A stretch of 64,000 nucleotides of DNA from positions 13,206,001 to 13,270,000 of the forward strand of contig NC_092349.1 in assembly GCF_963676685.1 (NCBI RefSeq), written 5' to 3'. Made by a program: the position numbers and the translations under genes. The first letter of the stretch is position 1. Each line of letters opens with the position of its first letter. Below are positions 49,654-63,027 of this stretch, in pieces. Under the pieces are notes generated by a model. It searched no databases. It was not told the origin of the DNA and was given only the letters and a program-made list of their open reading frames with translations. Origin of the DNA: Mytilus edulis. Taxonomy: Eukaryota.

Positions 49654-50900
49654 TCAATGTATTTGTACGCAACAATGATTCTTAATAATGGGTTTCCTAA
49701 TGACCGTACATATTGAATTTAAAAAAAAAGTCTGTACTTTCTTTAAGAAAATAAAATACAAATTGAGCAAAATAGTTGCCTGTTGCAAATATGATATTCT
49801 TGTGATCAAAATAAAATGAAATACATTTAACAATTTGTGCATGCTATCTATATATCATATTTGTTTTGCTGATTGTTTTATTTTGTCATAACTAGGATCA
49901 TTGGTTTTCTGGTTTGAATTGTTTCAATTTTTTTCGTGCCAGGGGTCTCTTATACCTGAATATGCGGTATGTGTATTTATCATTCCTTAATACCGTACGA
50001 TGATCTATGCATTATTTTATATCTGCGTGCACCCAAGTCACATTGACAGTTGTGTATGTTTGGCGCATGGACAATAATCTGACATCTCCTTAATTATATT
50101 TATTCTAATTAGTCATGTGATTTCAGGAAAGAATATACATACTAGTAAATACAATTTTCCATAACGTTGAACAACACTTATATTAGTATTAACCGCACGA
50201 GGAAGGGACTCAAAATTGCCAGTCAAGATCATTGTCAGATCTAGATTAGATGAACATTTATTTAAAAGTTTTCTCTCGCTATTATGCTTCTCTGAGCATA
50301 GATGAAAACGGTATGAAATAGTTCATATTTGATCTTTTATTTTGTATGACTCTTAGTTTGAATGAGACAAACAATGTTTTGTCCGAGCAAAAGGTGTAAA
50401 TTTAAATGCTCTTAGAGTTCATTTGAAGTCTTAATTTCATATTTCTATGAAATTTAAAAAGAAGTAAAAATCTAAAACTTGACAAATAACAATCAGGAAT
50501 TAGCTGCACTAGTCTTCGGGACATGCTTTACCCCAATCATAACGAACAAGATTATCAATTCTACATAGTATATAAATAACAAAAAAAGGATGATTTCCAA
50601 TGAGTTAACTATCCACCAGACACCATTGAGTGTTAATCAACTAGATGGTAAGCTGTTAAAGGCTTCGACATGACAAAATGAAAAAACGTTTTTTTCAAAC
50701 AACAAAGGCCGGAAGTATGATAGACATCAACCAATAACTGTCATTGATTTCCTTGCTGATGACATAGAATTTGGCTGAGTAAAACATGTTTGCGACCAAT
50801 CAACTTGTAAAAATCAAAAGAAAAAAAGCTTGACTCATCAGATTGACACAAAGCACAACTAACAACTAACAAGAAGACTACAGCAACAAAGGACCGATCT

Positions 50901-51468
50901 AATAAAGGCAACAGTAGTATACCGCTGTTCAAACTCATAAATCTATGGACAAAAAACAAAATCGGGGTAACAAACTAAAACTGAGGGAAACGCATAAATA
51001 TAAGAGGAGAACAACGACACAACACTACAATGTAACTAACACACACAGAAACAGACCAAGCATCAGACAAAATCCCACGAGAATAACAAATATAACATCA
51101 AAACCAAATACATGAATTTGGGATAGACAAGCACCGTGACACGTCTTATCGCAATGTCAATTTACACTCAAATATAAGAGAAAACAAACGACGCAACGTT
51201 AAATTGTAACACAAACTGGTGGGTTGAACCTGGTTTTGTGGCATGCCAAACCTCGCACTTTAATGGAAATGTTAAATATAACATAGAAATGACAACATAA
51301 TATTACAGGACTACAATACAATAAATAGGAAAACGTATTAGACAAAGAAACACATGATTAATGAATAACAAAAAGCATCAGGTTTAAAATTTAATACGCC
51401 AAAAACGCGCCATTCCACACAAGACTCACCCATGACGCCCAGATATAAAAGATCGAAAGCGAAAGAGT
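50901..51468 (-). mobile_element. Penelope-like 3' UTR copy with an internal deletion
   Basis: Near-identical to 47426-48060; lacks the P3/P4 half of the twister-like motif. Confidence 0.85.
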
Positions 51469-51919
51469 TTAACAGATTGTCATACATTTATGAAAAAAGA
51501 GAAAATTGATTAAAATTAGTTGCCAATACCTTCAAGAGTATTCAATTAGATTATGTCCCAATCAACATTCCAAGATATTTACAAATAAGAGTCGATAACA
51601 GCACGAAACAGTCATGGGTTTTTCTTATTGAAATTAAACATTGTGTATTACAAATTTATTGTACATTTTTCCTCCATATTTGGTTAACACCGTTAAATAA
51701 AGAGGTACACATATGATTTCTTATTTGGTACAATAGAACCTATGTAGAGTTACTGCGGTTTTTTTTGTTTGTTTTTTATTTGCCATAGAAATTCAGACAA
51801 TGGTACAAGAAAATGATAACCTTAAACATCATTTTTATAAAGTTTGAAAACGTTTCTCTGTAATTTTCAGTAGAAAGGACATTTTATCAATTACCAACAT
51901 ACTGGCCAAATTGTTTGAA

Positions 51920-53010
51920 GTGTGCATATGAAGGCAAACTAATTCAGAACCTCCTCAAAGACATAAACAAAAACATCTTATCATGGTAATAAATTTCACT
52001 TTCAGATACGTGGATGACATGTCACTCCATATTCCACATATCAGTTAGTGTACATATTATATATACCAGTTAACGTGAGATTAAGGATACTACTGTAACT
52101 AAAAGAGAGCCGTGGTGTAGTGGTTAGTGCATCGATCTACTAACACGAAGGTTCCTGGTTCGATTCCCGTCTGGGATGAAAATTTCAGGAACTGAATTTT
52201 CGGCTCTCCCTTGACACCATTTACGAGTATGGTCTCGAGGAAACGATGATAGTCCGTCGGAAGGGGACGATAAATGGCTGACCCGTGTTAAGAGAGAGCC
52301 ATATCTCTTGCACGTTAAAGACACCCTTGTAGATTTCGAAAAAGAGCAGGCTAATGCCGCTACAAGGCAGCACTCGCACCCGCAAAGTGGAAAGGAATTA
52401 ATATAAGTTGCAAAACTTGTTTCCCAATCCACTATAATTAAATATGTTTAAACTAAAAGGTCTGCTTCATATGTCCCTCTTGCCCTCGATATTGACAAAT
52501 ATAACTGACTTTAATACATATCTGTATTTACACGTGACGCTCTTTAAAGTCCACACTGTATGGAACAGAACGACTTAAATCGAAACAACATAAGTTTTAC
52601 GGTCACCACTACAAACTGGTTGACCAATACGATATGCATGTTTCTTAACGCAAAAGCGTCATGTTTCTGCTGTCTTAAAGCTAAAGATACAAAAAAGTAG
52701 TTTCATCTGTAATGTAAATGATTGTTTCCATAAAGCGCGGAGGTTTAGCTAGCCACACAACCAGGTTCAACCCACCATTTTTTCTTAAAATGTCCTGTAC
52801 CAAGTCAGGAATATGGCAGTTGTTATCTAATAGTTCGTTTCTATGAATGTTGCTTTGTTGTTTGTTTTTTGTTGCACTTGTGTGTTCTATTATTTCGTTG
52901 TTTTCCTCTTATAGTAGATGTGTCTCCCTAGTTTTTAGCTTGTAACCCGTATTTGTTTTCTCTCAATCGATTTATGACTTTTGAACAGCGGTATACTACT
53001 GTTGTCTTTC
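51920..53010 (+). mobile_element. degenerate Penelope-like RT fragment (host of the SINE) followed by a UTR fragment with twister-like motif 52725-52820
   Basis: Remnants of IQNLLKD, NFTFRYVDD and EIKDTT..K|SASY, split exactly by the SINE. Confidence 0.7.
52106..52450 (+). mobile_element. tRNA-derived SINE, central region resembling the Deu/Nin conserved domain
   Basis: Box A tggtgtagtgg (52113) and box B ggttcgattcc (52157). Body tcggaaggggacgataaa...cgttaaagacaccc...ttcgaaaaagagcagg resembles the Deu/Nin domain as recalled. TSD aactaaaag at 52097-52105 and 52451-52459. Confidence 0.88.
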
Positions 53011-54505
53011 TTAATCTATTCCCGATTGTTGAATATTGACTAAATGTGGATTCGCATTGCAGGTGATGCATGCAAAGCAGGAGACGAATATTGGATTGAT
53101 TCACGTCGTCTTGCGCTTTATGGAATACGGTTTTTTGTGTTTTTTACCGTGATCAATTTATGAGATTATAATATCGGTAAACTGCCATTGTCTGAATAAA
53201 AACATTGTCTATATTAAACACACATGTTATTACGGTTTCTTTTCGACTTTATGATAACAAGTTGAAAAGCGATTGTAATAGGGTTTAAGGGTAATCCAGG
53301 TAACATCGTTTTCCCAATATAAATCATCCGACAACGGTAGAAAACGTTTACATATAGAGAGGCAGCATGACGTTCGGTGGACTCTAAAATTATGGCAACG
53401 GGTAACAATGTATATCTATGCCTTAGTAAGGAAAACTCTAGAAGTGTTTTAAATGTAACTTGTATGAATATTTAATTTTAGACAGTATCCGTGTCCGACT
53501 ATGAAAACATATCAAAAGTTTGCATAACAATTAAAAAGAAATTAGTATCCGTTGGATATTTTTATTTTAAAATGTATGTATTGCGTTTTTTAATTTTAAG
53601 AACAATGTAACATGCTGATTTCTAATGAAAAATATTTTCAACTATACATGGCTTGATCCATTAACTGTAACATATACAAACATTAAGACGTTGATTTATA
53701 AATACATCGCAAACAGAGTAGGTGAATTCATATATTATTATTTCGAATAGAAATACCAATAAGACATCCATACAAAAATATAGATAAGTTAGAATAGTTA
53801 AATCCAAAGACCATCATGTTATGCCCACACTAGCATGTATCTATATCATACTTTGTGGCCAATGTTGATCTTTCACCTATTGTCCTGTCCTGCAAGCACA
53901 TTTCGACACTGCTTTCAAAGCAATTCGCCACTTTTCATTTTTGTAAACATTAGTGGTCACCTTGTTTTTGGAGTTTTGCGCCAATTATTTGGTTTAAACC
54001 CGCCATATACTGTGCTGAAAAGTGTATGACGTTTGGTTATTTGGATCAAATAGTGTCCTTTGTTGTTTGTATTTTGTCTCTACTGACAACGGTTCTTTTA
54101 GGAATAGGTTAAAACTAATTATATGACCAGGAAATATTGTAACTTGTAAAAGTATTTCTCCTGTGATAATGATGGGTATGCTAACATTTTTTTACCAATA
54201 TAGTAACATAGTGCTATCATATCAACGAAACTACTGTAAGACAGCTTCAAAGATATTTTTCACATTTTTTGCTGTTTTATACCATAATTTTGATATGACA
54301 ATGCATTATCGTATACATGTATGTTGCGTTGGACTTTTACTTTGACTATCGTTGTCTACCAATTCCAGAATACAAAATTCTTGTAACCGTATTCCACTGT
54401 TACATTTGTTCACTAAAATCAATACTTTTTTGTATTTAAAACAATTGTTATAAGTTTGCAATACAATGTATTTTGAAGTTTATGTCGTAGTTCATGTAGA
54501 TAAAC

Positions 54506-54661
54506 TGTATACTGCAATATTGTAAAATAGCAGTATACAATCTGCAGATTTTAAGTCTAGTTCTTATCTTAAAATCTGCAAATCTTTATTCAAATACACA
54601 GTCTTACACAATTATAGCCAATTCGGCTATTAATGTGTAAGACTGTGTATTTGAATAAAGA
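54506..54661. other. three abutting hairpins (10-, 13- and 28-bp perfect stems)
   Basis: tgtatactgc/gcagtataca; tgcagattttaag/cttaaaatctgca; tctttattcaaatacacagtcttacaca/tgtgtaagactgtgtatttgaataaaga. Confidence 0.9.
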
Positions 54662-54752
54662 ATAATAAGTGATTTATTGAATTACAAAGATCGTTTTAAC
54701 ACATATCAATCATTTGTTTTTGTTTGAACCAATTTTTAAATTACTCATTTAA

Positions 54753-55126
54753 GGGGAGCTTACTAAAATAGGAAAAATTATATTAAGGAATGTTAAAGAA
54801 ATTTAGATTGTGTACTTATAGCGAAAAACACAATTTCGGTGACACCCTTTTTTCATCATATTTTCTTGAAGCATAGTATAAAACCTATCTTTTGCTATTT
54901 TATTTCAAAAGTCTATCTCATAAATTTCTTTTAATCACAAAGAAGTGTTTTTTCATGAATTATCTATACAAATTTGTGTAAACTTAAACGACTTGTAGCT
55001 TGAAAAATGGCATTCTGACCCAAAGTTTTTCAAATTATTTTTGTAAAAAGCATGGTGAAATCTAAATGTTGGCAAAGTATAATAATAAGTAATTAAATCT
55101 GAGGAAGTATATACCGATGATTTACC
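54753..55126. mobile_element. Kolobok-like TTAA MITE (second copy at 56876-57230)
   Basis: ttaa|gggg...tacc|ttaa. Homologous to 56876-57230 (shared ttcggtgaca, tttatttcaaaa and gaaaaat..ca..gtgaccca). Confidence 0.6.
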
Positions 55127-55911
55127 TTAACCGATATAAGGATGTGGACAAATTCGGAGCGCTAATTTTTTAATCCAAACTGGCTTCAAACTTGTTACTT
55201 TTTACTACTGGAATAACACGTTAATGTAAAATCACAAATTGAACGCTCTGAAATAGTAACTTTAATCAATATAAAGATGCAAAATGAACGCTTCTACACG
55301 TTATAGTTGTATAGATTAGTTGAGAAGTCAATAACAAAGTGTGTTATCTTTTGAATAGACCGAAAACGAAGATCAAGAAGGAACTATAAAATTTGCACCA
55401 CAAATTCTGGTAGAAAAAATTCTTTCAACTTTGACATCTGAGATCATCGAAAAACTAATAAATTCAACTGTTATACTTGCAGAAACTTGATTTTATTATC
55501 TGCGTTGTCAGTTTTTCATCGACCTGTGAGTTGGTTTGCTTCGCCTATGTTTTTATATTATTGAATATCCCTACAATAGTTCAACATTTGTATTAAATGT
55601 ACGCAAAATCTACCTAAAACTTTTCAAAATTACCTGTTCCCTATGCCCAGTTCATAGATTTTCCTTACAGGTCGATATTTCGTTGCGTTGTACAGCCACA
55701 AAACAATACCAACACGATAACACATTGGTCAATACATTAAGAACTCACTCAACAGTTTTGAAAGAAAAAAGAAATTAAAGTGAAAAATACATTATCTTTT
55801 CTATTTTTAGTTCATAAGTTACTTTAAGCGGTTGTATTCATAATCTGACTTGACCCATTCAAGTATGTATCTTGACCGTAATGAATTATATGTTTGTGCT
55901 TGACAACATAT

Positions 55912-56582
55912 TCAATTTTCATTGTGTCCTGTATCTTCCTCGTCGTCTTCAACGTCCTCAATTTCAACAATGCCAAGACATTCTCCAAACCATCTAGCAA
56001 AGGTTATCACCTGTTCTTGCAAAAGATCAAAACACATAGCTAAGAGTGTTAGTCCAAATAGTAGATAAATTGCACAGATAAACTGTTTTGGTTGACTTTG
56101 CCACGAGTCTAAACTATGTCCTGGTACAACATCACCGAATCCTATCGTTGACAAGGTGATGAAACAAAAGTAAGCAGACGTTAGTATGTCCCAACTGGTT
56201 TCCCATAAATGAAAAAGCAATGTGCCAATCAGTGTATACGTTATAACAAGTAAACTGCAAACGATTATGGGCACGTGCTGTGGAGGCGGCAGAGTACGAG
56301 ACGGTATATAAACTATTAAATTCTTTTCTTCGGATATAGTTCCGTTTTCACCTTTGACCTTTTTATGCTGGATAGTTGTGTGGGGAAGTGGTAAAGCATT
56401 CCCAATACCAAAATCTCGTTTATTTCTAACAACTGGTATTCTATTATAGAAGATCTGAAATCCTTTCCCAAGAAGGGATCCAATATTTGCAAGACACAAC
56501 AATGTAAGTGGTATTCCAAAGAATGCATATATCATTGTGACAATTCGTCCCCATGCAGTTTTAGGTGTAATGTGTCCATAAC
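55912..56582 (-). CDS. two-pore-domain potassium channel (K2P, TWiK family), coding exon 2
   Basis: ctgttgaag| acceptor; (G)YGHITPKTAWGRIVTMIYAFFGIPL; pore 2 YFCFITLSTIGFGDVVPG; TM4; stop TGA. Joins exon 1 in frame (1335 bp, 444 aa). Confidence 0.95.
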
Positions 56583-58029
56583 CTTCAACAGAATAAATTG
56601 ATGATTACTGTTTGCTTTACACAGGAGAAATGAATACAAGACAAATCGGAAAAAGTTTGCCTTAACTTGGGTAAAAAAAGATTGCGTCCGTCCATCTTGG
56701 CTTGCACAATCACAGTACAAAATTGGTCTAGTTATTTGCCCAAATCTGCAAATTTGGAGACAAATTTGTAAATAAATACTTTGACTGTTAATTTATATAA
56801 AAAAACTTGGTGGTTTATTGTATTATTCAAAATATTTAAACAAATATTATTCATTTTTTCAAATGAGTCAGTCAAGGGGAGATAACTTTTTTAGTAAAAT
56901 ATTTATACTGAACTAATATGGATTTTTTTATTTTTTACTTGTTGTATGAAAACAACTTCGGTGACAACATTTTTTATTTTTATTTTCTTAAAACATAATA
57001 CCTATCTTCTCACAATTTATTTCAAAATTCTCTCATAGATTTTTTTTATCTATTGTTATTTCATGAACAATCTAACCAAATTAATGCAATTTCCAACGAC
57101 TCATAGCATGAAAAATAACACGGTGACCCATACTTTTTATTATATTTTTGAAAAAAACATAGTAAAATCTTCAGTTTTGGCAACAAATGAGAAAATTCTG
57201 TCTAAAAAAAATCTATACTTTTGATCTACCTTAAGTCGAATATGTCATGGAGTAAAACAAATATACATTACTATTCTTTTTTGAGAATATGTTGCTTCAT
57301 CACAGTAAGACTGTGCAATAATCTTTAAACCCGATTGATCTCTAGTCGAATTGCTGCGACTCATTCAAAACAAAACACACCGATATTGGTACATATGAAC
57401 ATACATAGATATATAGTTTATGTCAATAAGACCACCACCTACCAGCATACGAAAGTCAGGGAGATCATTCGACAGCATTGAACAATAAACAAATTTTCAT
57501 CAATATGTCAATTAGTTATAAAGTATTGGAAAAAAAAATAACATAAACAATCAAAAGTAAACAATAGTTCCAAGACCTCTACTCATATCAATTATGGCAC
57601 ATTCATATTTAAATATAAGTCCCATAAAAATATTGTATTATCTTTTTTATAAATTCTCATCTCGCTTGGCGACTTCCCGTACATTTCCGCACATTGATAG
57701 AAATTCATTATAACAACTCAACTGAAATATGCATAACGTTTGGCGTGTGAATTAATTGATCACAACGCATGAAAAGCCTCCAAAGTATTCGTTTTTTTGC
57801 AAAATAAGGCAATTTCCTTGATTGAAAAATATAATTTACATATACAATACATAGTATGAAATCATCACACCATGATAAGTCAGAACATTTGACATTTCAC
57901 GTATGAGTAATACCATTCAAACTAGTTAAGATCAAATCCAAATAAATTTATCTATTTCAATCATTATGACATGATCTACCTTAGTCGAGAAGATATAAAT
58001 ATGAAGAGGTGTCAACATAAACTTGTATA

Positions 58030-58239
58030 CTGTGCATTCATTTATTTTCGTAGGTACCAATTTTCGTGGTTTGAGAAAAATATTTGCATATTCGTGGATA
58101 TTTGATTTCGTGGATTTGGCAAATTCTGCAGGCATTCCTTAAGAAAATTGGTAATTTGTTGATCATTTGGATTCTTGGTTCCCATGTAACCACGAAATCC
58201 ACGAAAATTAGTAGCTAACGAACATTAATGAACTCACAG
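58030..58239. mobile_element. TA-flanked MITE in the K2P intron
   Basis: ta|ctgtgcattcatt..ttcgt..aattttcgtgg ... ccacgaaaatt..acgaa..aatgaactcacag|ta. Confidence 0.75.
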
Positions 58240-58373
58240 TAGTTGTAGTAAATATATAAAAAGACACACTTGCGAGGATTTGAGAGGTTGACAAAGCAGA
58301 TTGTTAAACCATCAGATGTAAGAATAATGTTTCGAAGTTTGAATTTGTTAACTGAATTTTGTTTATAATTTAC

Positions 58374-59037
58374 CTATTGTTGTAATAACAGTGACTGAAT
58401 ATAACAAGGAACCAGTAAAGGACCAGTGCAGCTCACCCACGGCCTCGTCTGAAATGCCATCCCATCCTAGTTGCGTTGTAGCTATGTAGATTTGCTTTTC
58501 AAAAATGCGTAAAGTATTTTCCACCCTTCCCGTCCAATTTGGCTTCTCGAAAATATCAAGAAGATAAGTCGTATTCCAAAGATCATTTAATGTCTCCTTT
58601 CTGAGGTTTGTAGTAATAATTCTACTTTGCTTTTCATTTCCTTGCTCCAAGCTTTGAAAAATAATGGCACCAAACATTGAATATCCTATAACCAGGCATG
58701 TCAAACCTACGTGAGAAAAAAGGAATATCAGAAATTTCTTCAAGAGTACTTTCCCCTTTCTTTTGATTTGTTCTGACTTTGGAATGTCTTTTTTGTCCTT
58801 TTCTTTCTCTGTCACTGGGTTTGTGACATCATTGGTGTCGTCACCTGCACATAAGCTGTTGTATGATGCCGAATGTATTTTATTTATATCATGAGCTGAG
58901 ATATCACTGATGATACATGTTTCACTGGATTCTGCAATTGACATCCCAAGCTTTTCTGAATCCTTCAGGTCTTGTATCGACACATCTGTGGTAACATATG
59001 GGTCGTTTGAAATATCAGTAGAATAATCTGTCGACAT
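58374..59037 (-). CDS. two-pore-domain potassium channel (K2P, TWiK family), coding exon 1
   Basis: ATG at 59037, exon acceptor ttgcag| before 59052. TM1 LFSHVGLTCLVIGYSMFGAIIFQSLE; pore helix WSFTGSLLYSVTVITTIG; donor ag|gtaaat splits the first G of GYG, the intron position typical of K2P genes. Confidence 0.95.
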
Positions 59038-61494
59038 TTTGTCTAAGAAGACCTGCAACAAATATAAAAATCTGGTATAACATGTATAAGACAAGCTGGT
59101 CTGTAAGATAAGGAATCAAATTAAGAAATAGTTCATTCATGTCATGTTCTATGCTCATTTTAAAATGGGTAGGCCTACACTTTCGATATATAATTTATCG
59201 ATATTTATACTGAACGTAGCTTTTGAACAGCAATTTACTACTGTTGCCTTTATTAGATGTAGGCAGTTAGGATATACATGATAGATATAATTTCCTAGAA
59301 AAATAATGAATATGAAACAGAAAATTTGTGCTCAAGTTTCAAGTATATGTTGTGCTAATAAGAACACGGCTTTGTTTACAAAGCGAAAGAAGGACGTCAT
59401 ATTAGAAAAAAAATTATAAACTGACCAAGCGATATCCAAACACGTTGAAAGATATACAAAAAAGAAATAATTCAAGATCAACTTGTCCAAATTTTTTATG
59501 CGTTTGATTATGGAGTAAAAAAACTTCTTATTGCCTCGAATCTTACATTTCAAACAACACATCCGTAATATTCCATAGTCCCCACGAAAAATAATGTCGT
59601 ATCGTGATCGTTAATACAAACATCTATGTATTTTTTTAATCACTGATGAGTTGAGAATTGTTTTCATGTACATGATCCCCCTAGCTTTTGTGACGTTCCC
59701 TTTGCTATTTTTGTTTTGTTTTCTATGATGTTCCTGTTGCTAATTTTGTTTGTTTTATGTGATGTATTTATATACCATGTATACTGTTGTTTGTCTTTTG
59801 GCCTTTTTTCGTTTTTGCGATTGCATAGTAAATTTGGTTTTTACTTACGAGTTTATATATTTTTTCGGTTTTTTTTACTGTCTTTTTTTTTATTTTACTA
59901 CATGCAACGAAAATGAAAAAGATAACAGATATGAGAACACAATCAAATATGTTCCTCACCATTTTCATTCTCCTATCTGAAGTGTGATTAAGTGCGAACG
60001 CCTTAGAATCGGGAATTAGACGGAACTATTAAATCAGACGCATACATCAAACTATCTTAGACACCAGCTATTTCTTGGCTAGGGATAAAACTTTATTTGT
60101 TGTTTCACTTAATAGACTGCTGCATTTCTACATGAATCATGAACACATTTTTCCCCATGAAAATTGGAACCTAAAAATCATTTAAAAAAATAACCTCCAC
60201 ATCCGAAATCCCCTTTTGCCACATATACACACAATTGTGAAGGTATTGTGCCATACAATGTTTTCAAAGTAATTGAATAGTTATATTGCCGTTCATGCAT
60301 ATCAAATGTTTATTTCGCACGTCTGTTATATTATGTAATTACTTGTCTACGTTTTTCTTTGTTAACAGTAGATTAAGTAATTAATTTACGGATATAAGTT
60401 TTCATCGGAAAATAATTACTATTGATCAGCTGAATCAACTGTACGCAGTGTTTCATTGAAACGATCAATACTAAAAGGATTGTAATAGAATACTCTCCTG
60501 ACACCATCGTAAAATATACATTTGAATAGTGAAATAAAACATGTCCATGAAAAAAAGCATCTCTTCGTTGTAAAAGTTTGAGTTGAAATTAAAAAACAAT
60601 AGTCAAGATATCCAAATATATGTTTACAAAGTCAGATATATCACATTTTTTGTTTTTGTATGTATTTTTTTATTGCGACAAACTTAGCAGTCGTAATAAA
60701 TATATATACATCTTATCGTCCTATACAAAGAATTATAATCCTGGTACCTTTGATTACTATTGAGATTGAATCTTTAATATAGTATTACAAAACTACCGAA
60801 TTCCACATTAACTCCAAGGAAAATTCAAAAGATAATGCTGGTCAGCGATAATAATTCTTGATCGAGTTTTGAGATCAAAACTTACATACATCGTTTTGAT
60901 GACATCAATATATGGAGATTAAAGGTGGAATATCAAACGCAACTAGATGACAACTGTCACTTTAGAATAGTTTTCCGAGTATTCATTAGTATACATGTAT
61001 AAGTACTTTTCCGGTATAAACAAGTGTCAACATCTAAATGTACCTCATCGTTTAGTTCTGAGATCCCGTGTCCTATTGCCTTTTAAACACATAAGTCACA
61101 TGCGTCCGTTAGAAAGGTAAATATTTAGGGTTGGAATCAATACATGCAACGTCATCAGTAGCAGATCCATGATTTTGAACAAAGGGGCTCACTAAGGCAA
61201 CGTTTAGAAATAAAAATCAATGCTTTAACCATATGTTTTTTTTTTATTTAACCATATGCCGCTTAATAAGGTAGCGTCCGTTCCTACTTCAATCGGCTTT
61301 TGTAAAAAAAAACATCATCTAATGGAAGAAGACACCTTCAGATGTTTGTTTATTCATAATCATGCAAGTGTCTCTTCATAACATACAACAAGTGCTAACC
61401 TTGAACTGATACCCGCTGAGCCATCATCAATTACAGTTCATGCCTATTCCTTCTATGGCAATTGTCCCAACACAGGATATCGTATTATTTCATT

Positions 61495-61930
61495 CATAAT
61501 CAGACATTAAATGTTTTTATTGATCAGATTTCCGTGTTGCCATTCTCCGGCAGTTGTCTAGTGCAAACCATAATCTGTCAATATTGATCAGACAAGCATT
61601 TATCCATGATCCAGTTGGTGTTACTTACATACCATTAAACAAAGTTTATTTTGATGAGATTTCCGCTTAGTAGTTTCCATTCTCCGACATGTTTCTATAA
61701 AATACTGTCTACTGTCAAAATTGATCAGATATAATAAGAATACTTATCCAATATACATCAGTTATCTTTCTCATGTCGCTTACAGTATTCCGCTTATATT
61801 TTTATCGTCGTGTACCTCTAAAAAAATCATGCCGTCAAGTGTCAATCTTGATCAGACGTCCACTTATCTATCTTCCAGCAGGTTTCTTTTCCATACCGTT
61901 AGCCGTTCTCTTGATCAGACCACCAATCGT
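61495..61930. repeat. degenerate tandem repeat, ~65-bp subunits forming a ~130-bp dimer, anchored on TTGATCAGA
   Basis: Motif at 61520, 61584, 61651 (ttgatgaga), 61721, 61848 and 61911. Confidence 0.7.
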
Positions 61931-62221
61931 CCATTTTCAAACAACTACCCCTAACAAACTGTCTAAATATCTTTTTCGACACACAATGGTTTTAGGATAC
62001 TTAATACTAGTTTTGTCACGAAGCATATCTTTATTTTTGGCAGAAATGAGTCGCCCTATTTAATAATTTTCATTACAGAAAAAATATACAAAACTGATCA
62101 CCAATATGACATGTAATATTATATTTTGGCGGAATTACGTGTACCGTCAATTTTATGGTCGGAGTAATAGGCCAATATTTTGCGCAGTCGATGTCAACAC
62201 ACCTTAAAATTCGGATGAATT

Positions 62222-63027
62222 ATTGCACCCTCAATGGAGTTGGGGTGACATATTGTTATTCTTCAACACATATTGTCCACGCTATTTCTTGGAATTGAAT
62301 GGACCAATTTTGATGGAATTATACCATCATGGGGAGTAATGAAGTTGTGCACCTGACTTTTGAATGTGCAAGATGTTCGTCGGTTTCATTGAAACAGAAC
62401 AAATGAAATCATTTTTATTTTTGGTTTTTGATAAATTATTTGATTATGCATGAACTGAAAATCATTAATTGTAATTGTTGGTGTCCACTAAATACAGGTT
62501 TTAGATAATTTTGAGAATCCTTTGAACTACTAAAATTTATAAATTGCCTTGGAAACTAAATACGTTTAGCATTAAAACCTATATGAATTTTTAAAGTAGC
62601 ATTTACATGCATACTAGGCAAGTCAAATTCAGTGGTTCTTTCAGGATAATGTCCCTGTCATGTGCCAATGTTGCAAGCGTTTTGGGAATTTTGAAAAAAT
62701 GGTCACCATTACATGTACCACGGAAACCGAAGAAATGTTCAAAAATTTTAAAATGCTCCAAACTTAAAGAAACTTGGTGTCAATGTTGCCCAATTAGTAA
62801 AGATAAGACTGTTGACTTTGGAATTTCAAAAATGGCCACCGTTGTTATGGAGACGGCAAAATTGTAAAAAATTTTGAAAATGCTCTAATCTTACTGAAAC
62901 TTACAAAAATGTTAATTGACATGTGTAGATATGCTCTTTGATCTTATGATTTCGAAAAGGCTGCCGTTACCCTTGCAATGGGGAAACGAGGTGCTATCCT
63001 TTATTGCTAACAATTAAAAATCTAGTT
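62222..63027 (+). mobile_element. degenerate HINE/Helentron-type element
   Basis: 5' gcaccctcaa..ttggggtgacatattgttattctt, internal repeats aaaatttt.aaaatgctc..a.ctta..gaaactt, 3' gaggtgctatcc..attg-ctaa-caat..ctagtt. Confidence 0.55.

Noticed and set aside
52106-52180. tRNA gene
   Set aside because: Has A and B boxes but no proper acceptor-stem closure, continues into a ~270-bp body and is flanked by a TSD, so it is a SINE head.
61495-61930. CRISPR-like array
   Set aside because: The repeat is only 9 bp, spacers are mutually homologous, there are no cas genes and the context is eukaryotic.
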